Below are positions 46,827 through 57,100 of a stretch of 64,000 bases of DNA, one piece after another. Source of the DNA: Candidatus Nomurabacteria bacterium (GTDB lineage: Bacteria > Patescibacteriota > Minisyncoccia > Phycocordibacterales > UBA9973); the NCBI GenBank assembly GCA_026396065.1, contig JAPLXO010000004.1, forward strand, positions 18,387-82,386, given 5' to 3'. The position numbers and the translations under genes are program-made. Below the pieces are notes generated by a model. It was not told the origin of the DNA. It searched no databases and saw only the letters and a list, made by a program, of their open reading frames with translations. Every line of letters begins with the position of its first letter. Position 1 is the first letter of the stretch.

Positions 46827-48863
46827 ATGGACGAACATCTAGCAGGTCTAAATAGTTCACAAAAAGAAGCGGCTCTTCACACTGATGGGCCGCTTCTTAT
46901 TGTCGCGGGAGCAGGTGCTGGGAAAACTAAAACCATTACACATAGAATAGTAAATTTAATAAAGACTGGTATAGAGCCAAATAAAATTCTGGCTGTAACT
47001 TTTACAAATAAATCTGCAAAAGAAATGCGTGAAAGAATTTTGAATGAAATTGAGAAAAATGCCAAAGGAAATATTGAGCAAAATACTATACCTTTTGTAT
47101 CTACTTTTCACTCACTCGGTGTATATATAATCAAAGAAAATTCACGACTTTTAGGTGTCACTAGACATTTTACAATATTAGATGAAGGAGATTCACTTTC
47201 TATAATAAAAGAAGCTTTGAAAGAAAATGACTTAGACCCAAAGCAATATGAGCCAAAAAGAATGAAAGGCATTATTAGCCGTGAAAAAGGAAAGTTTACA
47301 AAAATGGAAGAGTATTTTGAAAATGCTACAGATTATCTGCCTAGAATTGTCGCACGTATTTGGAAAAGTTATGAAGCAAAAAAACTAAAAGAAAATGCAT
47401 TAGATTTTGATGATTTACTTTTAAAAGCTACGACATTATTAAAAGAAAATTTAGAAGTTCGTAAAATGTATCAAGACCGATGGAGCCATATACATATAGA
47501 TGAGTATCAGGATACAAATGAAGCTCAATATATAATGAGTAAATTACTTTCTGAAAAACACAAAAATATTTGTGTAGTGGGAGATGCTGATCAAAACATT
47601 TATTCTTGGCGTGGAGCAAATTTAAAAAATATTTTATCTTTTGAAAAAGATTATCCAAATGCAAAAATAGTATTACTGGAAGAAAATTATCGTTCCACAA
47701 AAAATATTTTAGAAGCAGCAAATACAATAATAAAGAAAAATAAATATCGTCCTGATAAAAATTTATTTACTTCAAATCCTGTCGGTGAAAAAATTTCATT
47801 ACATGAGGCTCTCGAGGAAACAGAAGAGGCGGACTTTATTGCATGTAAAATTTTAGAAATAGCAGACAGGCAAAATGTTCTTGAGAAAAGCATTGCGCAG
47901 ACTGACGAGCCGAGCACAGCAATTTCCCAGCAGGGAAATATGCGCGCTTTTCGAGAAAATATTTTGCCTGTCTGGTCAGATATTGCAATTTTGTATCGAG
48001 CAAACTTTCAATCTCGTGTACTAGAAGAAGCGATGCTACGTTACAATATTCCATATCAAGTTCTAGGCGTAAAATTTTTTGAAAGAAAAGAAATAAAAGA
48101 CACATTAGCATATTTGCGTGCAGCAATGAATCCAGAAAGCTTATCTGATATAAAAAGAATTATAAATTTCCCTGCACGTGGAATAGGCAAGACGACTTTA
48201 GCAAAACTTTTTGCTGGAGAGAAAGAAAATCTACCAATAAAAATGCAAATTAAAATTCGCGATTTTTATGAATTGTTAGAAGATACAAAAGAACAAATAC
48301 AAACTAGGACTGCATCAGAAGTAATAAAATATATAATCAAAAAATCGTGTATAGAAGATGAATTAAAAAACGGAGATGAAGAAGAATTGGAACGTCTAGA
48401 AAACATAAAAGAGCTTGCTACGCTTGCATTAAAATACGACAATTTGGAAAATGGACTCGGTGTAGAAAAGCTTATTGAGGATGCATCACTAGCCTCCGAT
48501 CAAGATTCTATAATGATTACCAATGAAAAACCAGAAAAGATTAATGCTGTTAAATTAATGACTGTTCACGCTTCAAAAGGACTGGAATTTAAATATGTTT
48601 TTGTCACAGGACTCGAAGAAGGACTTTTCCCAAATCAGCGTGATACTGAAAATAAATCAGCAGAAGATAGCGAAGAAGAGCGTAGACTTTTTTACGTAGC
48701 TATCACTCGTGCACGTGAAAAACTATTTTTATCATATGCAAACTTTAGAACTATTTTTGGTGAAAGAAGAATAAACACACCATCACAATTCATAGGAGAT
48801 ATACCAGCTGATATAATAGAAAAGGGGGATGAAGATCCAAATGTAAAAACTATTTATATATAA
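46827..48863 (+). CDS. pcrA: ATP-dependent DNA helicase, UvrD/PcrA family.
   Basis: Motif I GPLLIVAGAGAGKTKTITHRI, motif II HIHIDEYQDTN, and VHASKGLEF / YVAITRAR motifs. The ATG at 46827 is preferred over the GTG at 46818. Confidence 0.85.
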   Translation: MDEHLAGLNSSQKEAALHTDGPLLIVAGAGAGKTKTITHRIVNLIKTGIEPNKILAVTFTNKSAKEMRERILNEIEKNAKGNIEQNTIPFVSTFHSLGVYIIKENSRLLGVTRHFTILDEGDSLSIIKEALKENDLDPKQYEPKRMKGIISREKGKFTKMEEYFENATDYLPRIVARIWKSYEAKKLKENALDFDDLLLKATTLLKENLEVRKMYQDRWSHIHIDEYQDTNEAQYIMSKLLSEKHKNICVVGDADQNIYSWRGANLKNILSFEKDYPNAKIVLLEENYRSTKNILEAANTIIKKNKYRPDKNLFTSNPVGEKISLHEALEETEEADFIACKILEIADRQNVLEKSIAQTDEPSTAISQQGNMRAFRENILPVWSDIAILYRANFQSRVLEEAMLRYNIPYQVLGVKFFERKEIKDTLAYLRAAMNPESLSDIKRIINFPARGIGKTTLAKLFAGEKENLPIKMQIKIRDFYELLEDTKEQIQTRTASEVIKYIIKKSCIEDELKNGDEEELERLENIKELATLALKYDNLENGLGVEKLIEDASLASDQDSIMITNEKPEKINAVKLMTVHASKGLEFKYVFVTGLEEGLFPNQRDTENKSAEDSEEERRLFYVAITRAREKLFLSYANFRTIFGERRINTPSQFIGDIPADIIEKGDEDPNVKTIYI

Positions 48864-48864
48864 A

Positions 48865-49692
48865 ATGGAAAATAAAACAAAAATACACAAAGCAAAAAAA
48901 TCATTAGGGCAAAACTTTTTAAAATCAGTTCCTGCACTCACAGCAATAGTGAAATCTGGTGAGATTAATAATGCTGATACTATTTTAGAAATTGGTCCGG
49001 GTAAAGGAGCATTGACTGAAAAACTTTTGGAAGTTGCAGGAAAAGTTATTGCTGTAGAAAAAGATCGTGACCTTTTAGAATTTTTACAAACAAAATTTTC
49101 AGAAGAAATAAAAAATAAAAAACTGATTTTAATTAATGAAGATATTTTAGAATATAATTTAAAAATAAAAAATTACAAAATTATCGCAAATATTCCATAC
49201 AACATTACCGGAGCAATTTTGAAAAAGTTTTTAACAGATGAAAATCAACCAGAGAGAATGGTATTAATGGTGCAAAATGAAGTGGCAAAAAGAATTGTAG
49301 CCCGTGATGGAAGTGAAAGTATTTTATCAATTTCCGTAAAAGCATATGGAAACCCAAAAATTATTATGAAGGTGCCTGCACGATATTTTTCACCAGCACC
49401 AAAAGTAGACTCTGCAATTATTGCTATCACAAATATAAATAGAAATAATTTTCACCCCATCCCAACCTCCCCCTTAGCAAAGGGGGAGGGGAATTCTTTG
49501 GAAGAAAAATTCTGGAAAATAGTAAAAGCTGGCTTTGCTCATAAAAGAAAAATGTTAATGGGAAATTTAAAAGAATTTGATAAAAAAATAGATTGGCTCA
49601 GTATATTAACTAAGTTAAACATATCAATAAAATCTCGTGCAGAAGAATTGACACTAAACAATTGGCTTGAAATTACAAAAATGGTACAATAA
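48865..49692 (+). CDS. rsmA: 16S rRNA (adenine1518/1519-N6)-dimethyltransferase RsmA/KsgA, carrying an in-frame palindromic-repeat insertion.
   Basis: SLGQNFLKS, SAM-binding ILEIGPGKGALT and NIPYNIT motifs. An extra segment NFHPIPTSPLAKGEGN is encoded by a G/C hairpin repeat at 49453-49493. Confidence 0.85.
   Translation: MENKTKIHKAKKSLGQNFLKSVPALTAIVKSGEINNADTILEIGPGKGALTEKLLEVAGKVIAVEKDRDLLEFLQTKFSEEIKNKKLILINEDILEYNLKIKNYKIIANIPYNITGAILKKFLTDENQPERMVLMVQNEVAKRIVARDGSESILSISVKAYGNPKIIMKVPARYFSPAPKVDSAIIAITNINRNNFHPIPTSPLAKGEGNSLEEKFWKIVKAGFAHKRKMLMGNLKEFDKKIDWLSILTKLNISIKSRAEELTLNNWLEITKMVQ
49453..49493. repeat. Copy of the DUF559-associated palindromic mini-repeat family (caccccatcccaacctcccccttagcaaagggggaggggaa), inside the rsmA coding sequence.
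   Basis: 9-bp perfect stem ctccccctt/aagggggag at 49467-49488. The prefix cccatccc.a.c matches the unit at 32498-32542. Confidence 0.65.
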
Positions 49693-49696
49693 CTAC

Positions 49697-50206
49697 ATGA
49701 AAAAAGGTTTTTATATTTTAATTTTGACAGCTTTCATTTTAATGATTGGTATCAATGTGCATAAAAAAATCGACCAAGTATATGCGTCTGAAGGTGGAGA
49801 TACCGGTGGATCTTCTGACCAGCTTATGGCTGGAGAAATACAAGATTGGCAAGGAACTAGTGGACTAGTATCAAGAGAAATAGAAAGTTATGAAAATGCA
49901 GAATATACATGCATGATGGAAGGTACATCTATTACAATAACACCAATGGGTGAATTGGAAGGTGAACCAAAAGATTATTTTATACCTTCTGATGTTAATT
50001 CAGAAACTGGAAATACTCTACAGTCTGGAGAAATAATTATTGGTCTTTACCAGGGTACCACAGAAATTACCTGCCAACAAGACTATGAGCCTTGGGATAG
50101 TGTACAAGTAAAATTAAACACAATAAACTTTTTTGGTAATTCTCCATACATATCTCCAGCATCAGCCGGGGGTGGAGATATGTCAACGACAAACGGAACT
50201 GCATAA
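49697..50206 (+). CDS. Secreted hypothetical protein (signal peptide MKKGFYILILTAFILMIGINV).
   Basis: The ATG at 49697 lies just after the rsmA stop. The track ORF begins at a TTG at 49667. Confidence 0.5.
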   Translation: MKKGFYILILTAFILMIGINVHKKIDQVYASEGGDTGGSSDQLMAGEIQDWQGTSGLVSREIESYENAEYTCMMEGTSITITPMGELEGEPKDYFIPSDVNSETGNTLQSGEIIIGLYQGTTEITCQQDYEPWDSVQVKLNTINFFGNSPYISPASAGGGDMSTTNGTA

Positions 50207-50219
50207 TTATATTTTAAAA

Positions 50220-51176
50220 ATGATACAAATTAACAAAGAAAAAATTTCAAAGTATTTACCAAGTAAAAAGATAGCAATAATAGGCATTATTTGTATTGTC
50301 GTATTGACAATACTATATTTTTTCTTTCATGCATCACAAAAAGCAAAATATTTATCAGAAAATGAAAAAAATTCTTTATTATTAAACATTGGGAATAGCA
50401 CTATCAATGATCTTGTAGCAAAAGACTCAGATGGTGATGGCATACAAGACTGGCAAGAAAACCTTTGGGGTACAGACAAAAATAATACAAATACATTTAA
50501 TGGTATTTCAGATGCAGATTATATAGCAAAGAAAAAAGAAGGGTTAAATACAGCGGAAGATACTGCTGGTGTAAATCTTACAGAAACAGAAAAATTCTCT
50601 AGAGAATTTTTCTCTGCTTTTACAGCAATGAAAACTACAGAAGGAGTAGATGTAAACTTAGTAAATAATTTTGCTGAATCTTTAGGGCAAAACCTAGTAA
50701 ATCCATCTATTATAGATAAGTATACTGACAAAGATATTAAAAAAGATGACAGTGGAGATCAAGCACAGAGAGAAGAATATTATCTTTTAGTAGCTGAAAC
50801 ATATGATAAATACCAAGCTAAGGGTATGGGGAAAGAGCTAGAAATATTAGGTGACTCTTTGGCTACGTATTCAGCGACAGGAACACCAGACTCAGTAGAT
50901 GAATTAGAAAGTTTTGCTACAGCTTATCAAGATTTTGCATCAGAGCTTATGACACTTTCTGTACCAGCAGACCTAGCTACATATCATTTAAAAATAGTAA
51001 ATAGTGCAAATAACACAGGCATAAGTGTCAGCCATATGGCAAAAATCATAAATGATCCTATCGTAGCTGTATCTGGTCTTGCAGAATATCAAAAATACGA
51101 AGAAGCTTTCACCTTGGCAGCAAATGCTCTGGAGACAACATTACCCAAAGATGCTACAATAAGTATTGGAATTTAG
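50220..51176 (+). CDS. Single-pass membrane / periplasmic hypothetical protein.
   Basis: Start MIQINKEK with TM IAIIGIICIVVLTILYFFF. The track ORF 50133..51176 overlaps the upstream gene, so the ATG at 50220 is preferred. Confidence 0.5.
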   Translation: MIQINKEKISKYLPSKKIAIIGIICIVVLTILYFFFHASQKAKYLSENEKNSLLLNIGNSTINDLVAKDSDGDGIQDWQENLWGTDKNNTNTFNGISDADYIAKKKEGLNTAEDTAGVNLTETEKFSREFFSAFTAMKTTEGVDVNLVNNFAESLGQNLVNPSIIDKYTDKDIKKDDSGDQAQREEYYLLVAETYDKYQAKGMGKELEILGDSLATYSATGTPDSVDELESFATAYQDFASELMTLSVPADLATYHLKIVNSANNTGISVSHMAKIINDPIVAVSGLAEYQKYEEAFTLAANALETTLPKDATISIGI

Positions 51177-51209
51177 AAAAACAACACAAGTATAATTTTG
51201 CAAACTTAA

Positions 51210-54107
51210 ATGATTTCTATTAATAAAATATTTAAAAATATACTTTACTCAATTCTTTTAATAAACATCGTAATGATGCCTTATTTTGCATTAATACCTG
51301 ATGCTTATGCCTTTAACTTAACAAGTGGTGAACAATCAAACATAAAAGGTATCGCTGGATATATACATTACCTAGCACCAAAAATAGTAAGACTGCCTGG
51401 ATGTAGAGACATCATAGGAGTAGGTAATGGTGCCATTTTTGCTAAAATAAAAAATTCAGCTCTTGGAAAGAAGATTACAAAAAAATTAAATGACAAAATA
51501 AAAACAACAGCATCAAGCGCCCTAAGTAAAGCTGCTGGAAAATTGGGTGTAGGTTCTAAAAGTATAAAAGTCTCTCTTATCGAGACTGATCGTCAGCTTT
51601 TGTCAGATACAGCAGACAATACAGGAGACACTGCAAAAGAAACAAAAAAAATGTCATCAAAACAGCTTTGTCTAGATGGTATTGGTAAGTTAATTGCAAA
51701 ATTACTTCTAAAGAATATGACTATCAGTATGGTGAACTGGATAAATACTGGATATGAAGGCAAGCCATCTTTTGTGCAAAATCCAGGAAAGTTTCTAGAA
51801 AAAATAGGCCAACAAGAAATATTAAAATTTGGTAATGTAGTAGCTGATGTAAAATTATTCCCATATGGAAAAGATTTTATGAGGAATCAAGCTATAGCTG
51901 CCCTTCAAAACACTTTTTCTACTAGGGCACAATCAAACCTGGCTCGGCTTATGGCAGAAGATAGTGGATATACACCAGCTCAATTTAAACTTGATTTCAG
52001 AAATGGTGGATGGGGTGCATGGACAGCCCTCACTCAATCTCCTGGTAATAATGCATTTAGTTTTAATTTAATTGCTTCAGAAGAAATAGCTAAAAAAACA
52101 AAAGGTACTACAGAAGAATACACAGCACCTGGAGTACAAGCAAGGATAAGTATTTCAGATGCACAAGGATTTTTAAATATGGATCGTTGTAAAAAAGAAT
52201 GGATGCAAGAAGAAGATACAATGAATGGCGGAACTAAACTCACTGATCCAGCCAGATATGAAACAAATCATAAAATTACAAGAGCTGAAGAAGCTAAATT
52301 CCAAGCAGAAGGAACTCCTCACACAGGAAATTATGGCCATTGTGCTGAATGGGAAACAGTCACACCTGGTATGATGGTGTCTAATGCTGCAAAAAAAACG
52401 GGTGAGTGGGCAGCAGACAATATCTGGGATGCAAAAGATTTGAATGATTCCCTTATGGTTATATTAGATGCCGTAGTAACCAAATTTACAAGTGACTTGC
52501 AAAGAAAACAAGGTTATGCTGGACTTATTGATGGTGCTGGTTCTTCATCTTCTGATGATTCAAACAACGAGGGAGACTCTTTGACTTCTTATGATCAAAC
52601 AGATAAAGATTTCTCAACAGACGAGATAGAAGGTACTTTCTTAGCAGACAATCCTACTTTCAATGTACGTACAGACATCACACAAGCAATGATAGATGAC
52701 CAGCGTACATTTGTACAAAAACTAAAAGATCAAAATAGAGAACTTTTCTCTACAATTCCTACAAATGGGATTCCATATTTCACTGGTAATTACGGACTAA
52801 TACCAATAGTACACCAGCTTGATTTTTGTATCCCAGGACCACACCCAGGATGGGAAGATGGGGCAGATACAAAACTAGAAAATTTGAAAGATGACAACAT
52901 AGTAGATGTAGGTGGTATGAATTTTATGGAAATTGGTACATTGCTTGGTGGTCAGGAAGCAGAAAGTATGAAAGGGTTGTTGGATGCTAGTATTGCAGGT
53001 AGTATGGCTGATCTTAGTGGTACACTTACACCTGTAAACTTTGATCTTATATATTCACTTGGTAATGGTGGTGTAACTCTTTCACAAGAAGAAGCAAGAA
53101 AATATTATCATCAAAAAATACAAAACATGCTAGGTTTGAATGCACATAAAGATATGGCTATTGAAACTTATGATGACACAATAAATATTATCGATACGGC
53201 ATTCCAAGGATTTTTGCAAGTCGTACACAACGTCTTTAATCCATTAGTAATGCCATCATCACTACGAGAAGCAAATACAGAATTTGAAGCATTAGATAGT
53301 TACAATAAATTATATGAAAATAATAAGACAAATATAGCTACTAAAAATAACACAATAGTGAGACTAATAGGAGTAAAAAATGCAATAGCTACAATAAATG
53401 CTGACCCAAATACACCACCAGGAAGTGCTGCTTCTGAGGCAGCATTGAAGCCTTGGATTTCAGCTTTTGCGAGACTTGCCCCAGACCTAATGACAGGTAA
53501 CGATATCGCAAAAGCAGATGGTATTGTAAAAGATATAATAGATAAAGAAAAATATATTTATAATGAATTGTTGAAAGGTTCTGTAGGTTGTGAACAAGAA
53601 TTGTCAAAACCTGCTACAGCATTAGATCCAAATAAATTACCTCAATTAGTTTTAAATGGAATAAGATTTCCTTACCCACTTCCTGTTTTATATGACTATA
53701 ACAGTATCGGACACCTTGCACCATTACCTGATCCATTAGGTTCAATCCTTTATGATGGCGTAGGAAGTTATACTCCATACACAAACACTCAAGCTTATTG
53801 GAACAAACTTAATCCATATCCAAACCATTACAATGAACCATATAATTCAATGAATGCTATTATTCCATATAATCACTATTGGACAGAATTATCTTGGGCT
53901 GCATTCAACGGTTTCCCTGGTGGACCAGGCGTAAATGAACTTTGTGGATATGTTTTAGCGTATCCAGATACGCACCTGCAACCTACACCATGTGACGGTT
54001 CTTCTGGTCCTACAATAATACACATAAGTGGAGTATTAAATGCCGATTATGCAAATGCAAGTGGTGTTACATTAGATGTACTTGAACATCAATTAGGTTT
54101 GTATTAG
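51210..54107 (+). CDS. Large secreted hypothetical protein (965 aa) with a signal peptide.
   Basis: Signal peptide IFKNILYSILLINIVMMPYFALIPDAYA. Part of the T4SS-like surface-protein block. Confidence 0.6.
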   Translation: MISINKIFKNILYSILLINIVMMPYFALIPDAYAFNLTSGEQSNIKGIAGYIHYLAPKIVRLPGCRDIIGVGNGAIFAKIKNSALGKKITKKLNDKIKTTASSALSKAAGKLGVGSKSIKVSLIETDRQLLSDTADNTGDTAKETKKMSSKQLCLDGIGKLIAKLLLKNMTISMVNWINTGYEGKPSFVQNPGKFLEKIGQQEILKFGNVVADVKLFPYGKDFMRNQAIAALQNTFSTRAQSNLARLMAEDSGYTPAQFKLDFRNGGWGAWTALTQSPGNNAFSFNLIASEEIAKKTKGTTEEYTAPGVQARISISDAQGFLNMDRCKKEWMQEEDTMNGGTKLTDPARYETNHKITRAEEAKFQAEGTPHTGNYGHCAEWETVTPGMMVSNAAKKTGEWAADNIWDAKDLNDSLMVILDAVVTKFTSDLQRKQGYAGLIDGAGSSSSDDSNNEGDSLTSYDQTDKDFSTDEIEGTFLADNPTFNVRTDITQAMIDDQRTFVQKLKDQNRELFSTIPTNGIPYFTGNYGLIPIVHQLDFCIPGPHPGWEDGADTKLENLKDDNIVDVGGMNFMEIGTLLGGQEAESMKGLLDASIAGSMADLSGTLTPVNFDLIYSLGNGGVTLSQEEARKYYHQKIQNMLGLNAHKDMAIETYDDTINIIDTAFQGFLQVVHNVFNPLVMPSSLREANTEFEALDSYNKLYENNKTNIATKNNTIVRLIGVKNAIATINADPNTPPGSAASEAALKPWISAFARLAPDLMTGNDIAKADGIVKDIIDKEKYIYNELLKGSVGCEQELSKPATALDPNKLPQLVLNGIRFPYPLPVLYDYNSIGHLAPLPDPLGSILYDGVGSYTPYTNTQAYWNKLNPYPNHYNEPYNSMNAIIPYNHYWTELSWAAFNGFPGGPGVNELCGYVLAYPDTHLQPTPCDGSSGPTIIHISGVLNADYANASGVTLDVLEHQLGLY

Positions 54108-54145
54108 AAAATTAAAACTTTGTTAGCAAAAGACAGAAAGAAAAA

Positions 54146-57100
54146 ATGAAAAATATATATAAAAAAATAATATTAGCACTGATTGTAATAATAGTTGTAA
54201 CTCTAAGTATAAATAAAATTGCAAATGCTACTGGTGAACCATTAGTCGTTACTGATCCCGCGACTGAACAAACACCAACCACAATGAAAGTTCATGGCTC
54301 GGTAATAAATACAAATTTAGAACATCCATATCTTTGGTTTGAAGTTAGTCAAAGCCAGACAGACCTACTTAGTGGTTTAAATCCGCAGGCAGTCTATGTA
54401 AATGTTGTTGGTTTACCATCATACTCTATGATAGCACCACCAGTATACTCGATTACTCTTGGAAATATTTTTTTTAATTTAACACCTAACACAATATACT
54501 ATTTTAGATTTTGCGCATCAAATCAATACGGTACATATTGTGCAAGTCCTTTAAGTACAGCAACTCTTGTGGGTAATAGTGGTGGTGGTTCTGGTGGTTC
54601 TGGTGGTGGCAATCAAAACAATGCACCTGTAAATATTTCAAATGTAACCACATACGCACCAGCACAAAGTGTCACTGATACTTCTGCAATACTTCACGGC
54701 TCAGCAACAGTTACTGGGGGAGGTAATTCTTCTGGATATTTTCGTTATTCTAAAGTTACAATTCCTCCAATTTCATGTAATGATATTTTCGGTTCAGAAA
54801 TGGTAGCCACAAGGGAAGTGTCTCTTGCTGATTGGGTAAATGGTTCAGATTTTTATAAAAGTATACCAGACACTTCTTTCTCATCTAACAGTACTGCAAA
54901 TAATTTAGAACCAAATACAAAATATGCATATTGTGCAATAGTTTCAAATGATGCCCCAAACAACACTGGTAGACCACCTCAAATAAGGTATGGAGGAGTC
55001 CAAACATTTACTACACTTCCTTGTCCGCTAAACAATCCTACATGTCAATCAATAATTATAAATACAGATGATCCTTTTGTGGTAAATTCTTCTTCTGTAA
55101 ATCTAAACGGAAGTTATAATTCAAACAAAGCTATTAAAACTTGGTTTGAATATAAAAAAGACACAGATTCGAGCTGGATATCAACACCAAAAAATCTTAA
55201 TCAGGCTCAAAGTGCTGGTGAATATAATGCAAATTTATCTAGCTTGACAGCAAGCACACTATACAATGTTCGTGCTGCAGCAGAAGAATACACAAATGGA
55301 GTACTCGTCCCACCTATTTATTATGGTGATGTTGTAAATTTTCAAACCGCTGAACCAGATGGACCAGGAGTAATTGTCGGTGGACCAGAAGATGGTGCTA
55401 CTTATATCCCAGTTTATAATAATGATGATGGTTTGGTAAATGATATTGGTTTAGATAATGGTTCTGGATTAGACAATAATAATGGCAATGGTAACGATAA
55501 TGGTAATGGTTTAGGATCTGATAATGGTAATGGTAATGCTGGAGGTGAAAGCTCACAATGCCCTACACTTACATTGGCAAATGTTCCAAATCAAACAGTT
55601 CAAACCGGGTCAATACTTTCTTTTTCAAACTATGCTTGTGGATCAAATGGACAAGCTGTGACATATACAGCTACAGGATTACCAGCAGGCGCTACACTTA
55701 GCTCATCTGGAATATTTTCTTGGAATACAGGAGCTCTACCAATACCAGCAATAAATACTTATACATTTACAATTAATGCTAGTGCTCATGCAGTAAGTAG
55801 CACAGGTGCTACCACTACTACAATTGTTTATGCAGCACCTATTACTGTGACTGTAGATGTTGTACCAGTTCCACCAGATTGCTCTACTCTTAGAATAAAC
55901 TCAATAGAAAGCCAAACTATTTTCCTAGGTCAAACCGGTATTTTTAATATGAGTTCTTGTGGAGCAAACGGACAAACAGTAACTTATTTACCTACTAATG
56001 GTTTACCGAGTGGAGCAGTATTGACTCCAGCAGGAGCATTTTCATGGACACCATTAGCAAGTCAGATCAATGTTTACAATGTTACTATCAGTGCAAGTAC
56101 ACCTACCCAAGATCCAGTATCGATAACTGTACATATTAATGTTTCTCAATTTAATAGTTCTGGTGGAGGGGGTGGTGGAGGTCAATGTACAAGATTAGCA
56201 TTATCAGCTATAGGTATTCAGACCGTGCAAGCTGGATCTAGTTTAGCTTTCTCTGCTTATGCTTGTGGATCAAACGGAGAAACTGTCACATATCGTGCTA
56301 CAAATTTACCGAGTGGAGCCACATTCACACCAGATGGAATATTTTCTTGGAATACAGATGAAGATCAAGTAGATAGTTATGCAATTGTTATTAGCGCTGA
56401 CACTCCTTCTCAATATGCAGCACCTGTAACAGTACAAATAATAGTGACAGAAATACCTTTAGATTGTCCTGTCTTAAAAATTAATCCAATACAAACTCAA
56501 AATGTTACTGCTGGTCAAAACGTAGCTTTTTACGCAACTGTATGTGGAGATAATGGAGAAGTGGTTACTTATACTATGACTGATTTACCAGACGGAGCAG
56601 GATATAGTCAGCAAGCTGGATTATTTTTATGGACACCTACAACAAATCAAGCAAACAGTACTGGCTATAATGTAAAAGTAAATGCAAATACAAACACACA
56701 AGATGCAACAGAAAAAATAGTGCATATAAATGTTGCTCCAGCTATGAATGGTCTTGGAAATAATAATGGTAGCACAGGGGGTGACAATAGTTCACAATGC
56801 ACAACACTTACATTGGCTAATATTCCAAATCAAACTGTCCAAGCAGGATCAGGTCTATCATTTTCAGCTTATGCATGTGGATCAAATGGACAAGCTGTGA
56901 CATATACAGCTACAGGATTACCAGCAGGCGCTACACTTAGCTCATCTGGAATATTTTCTTGGAATACTACAACACAACAAGTAGGTACTTACACATTTAC
57001 AATTGGTGCCAGTGCTCATGCTGTAAATAGTATGGGAGCTAGTACCTCTACAATTATTTATGCTACACCAATCACTGTTACCATAGATGTAACACCAATC

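Noticed and set aside
50133-50219. Upstream extension of the 50220..51176 ORF (track start 50133).
   Set aside because: The extension overlaps the preceding gene by 74 nt and adds no signal-like sequence. The ATG at 50220 gives a typical N-terminal TM start.
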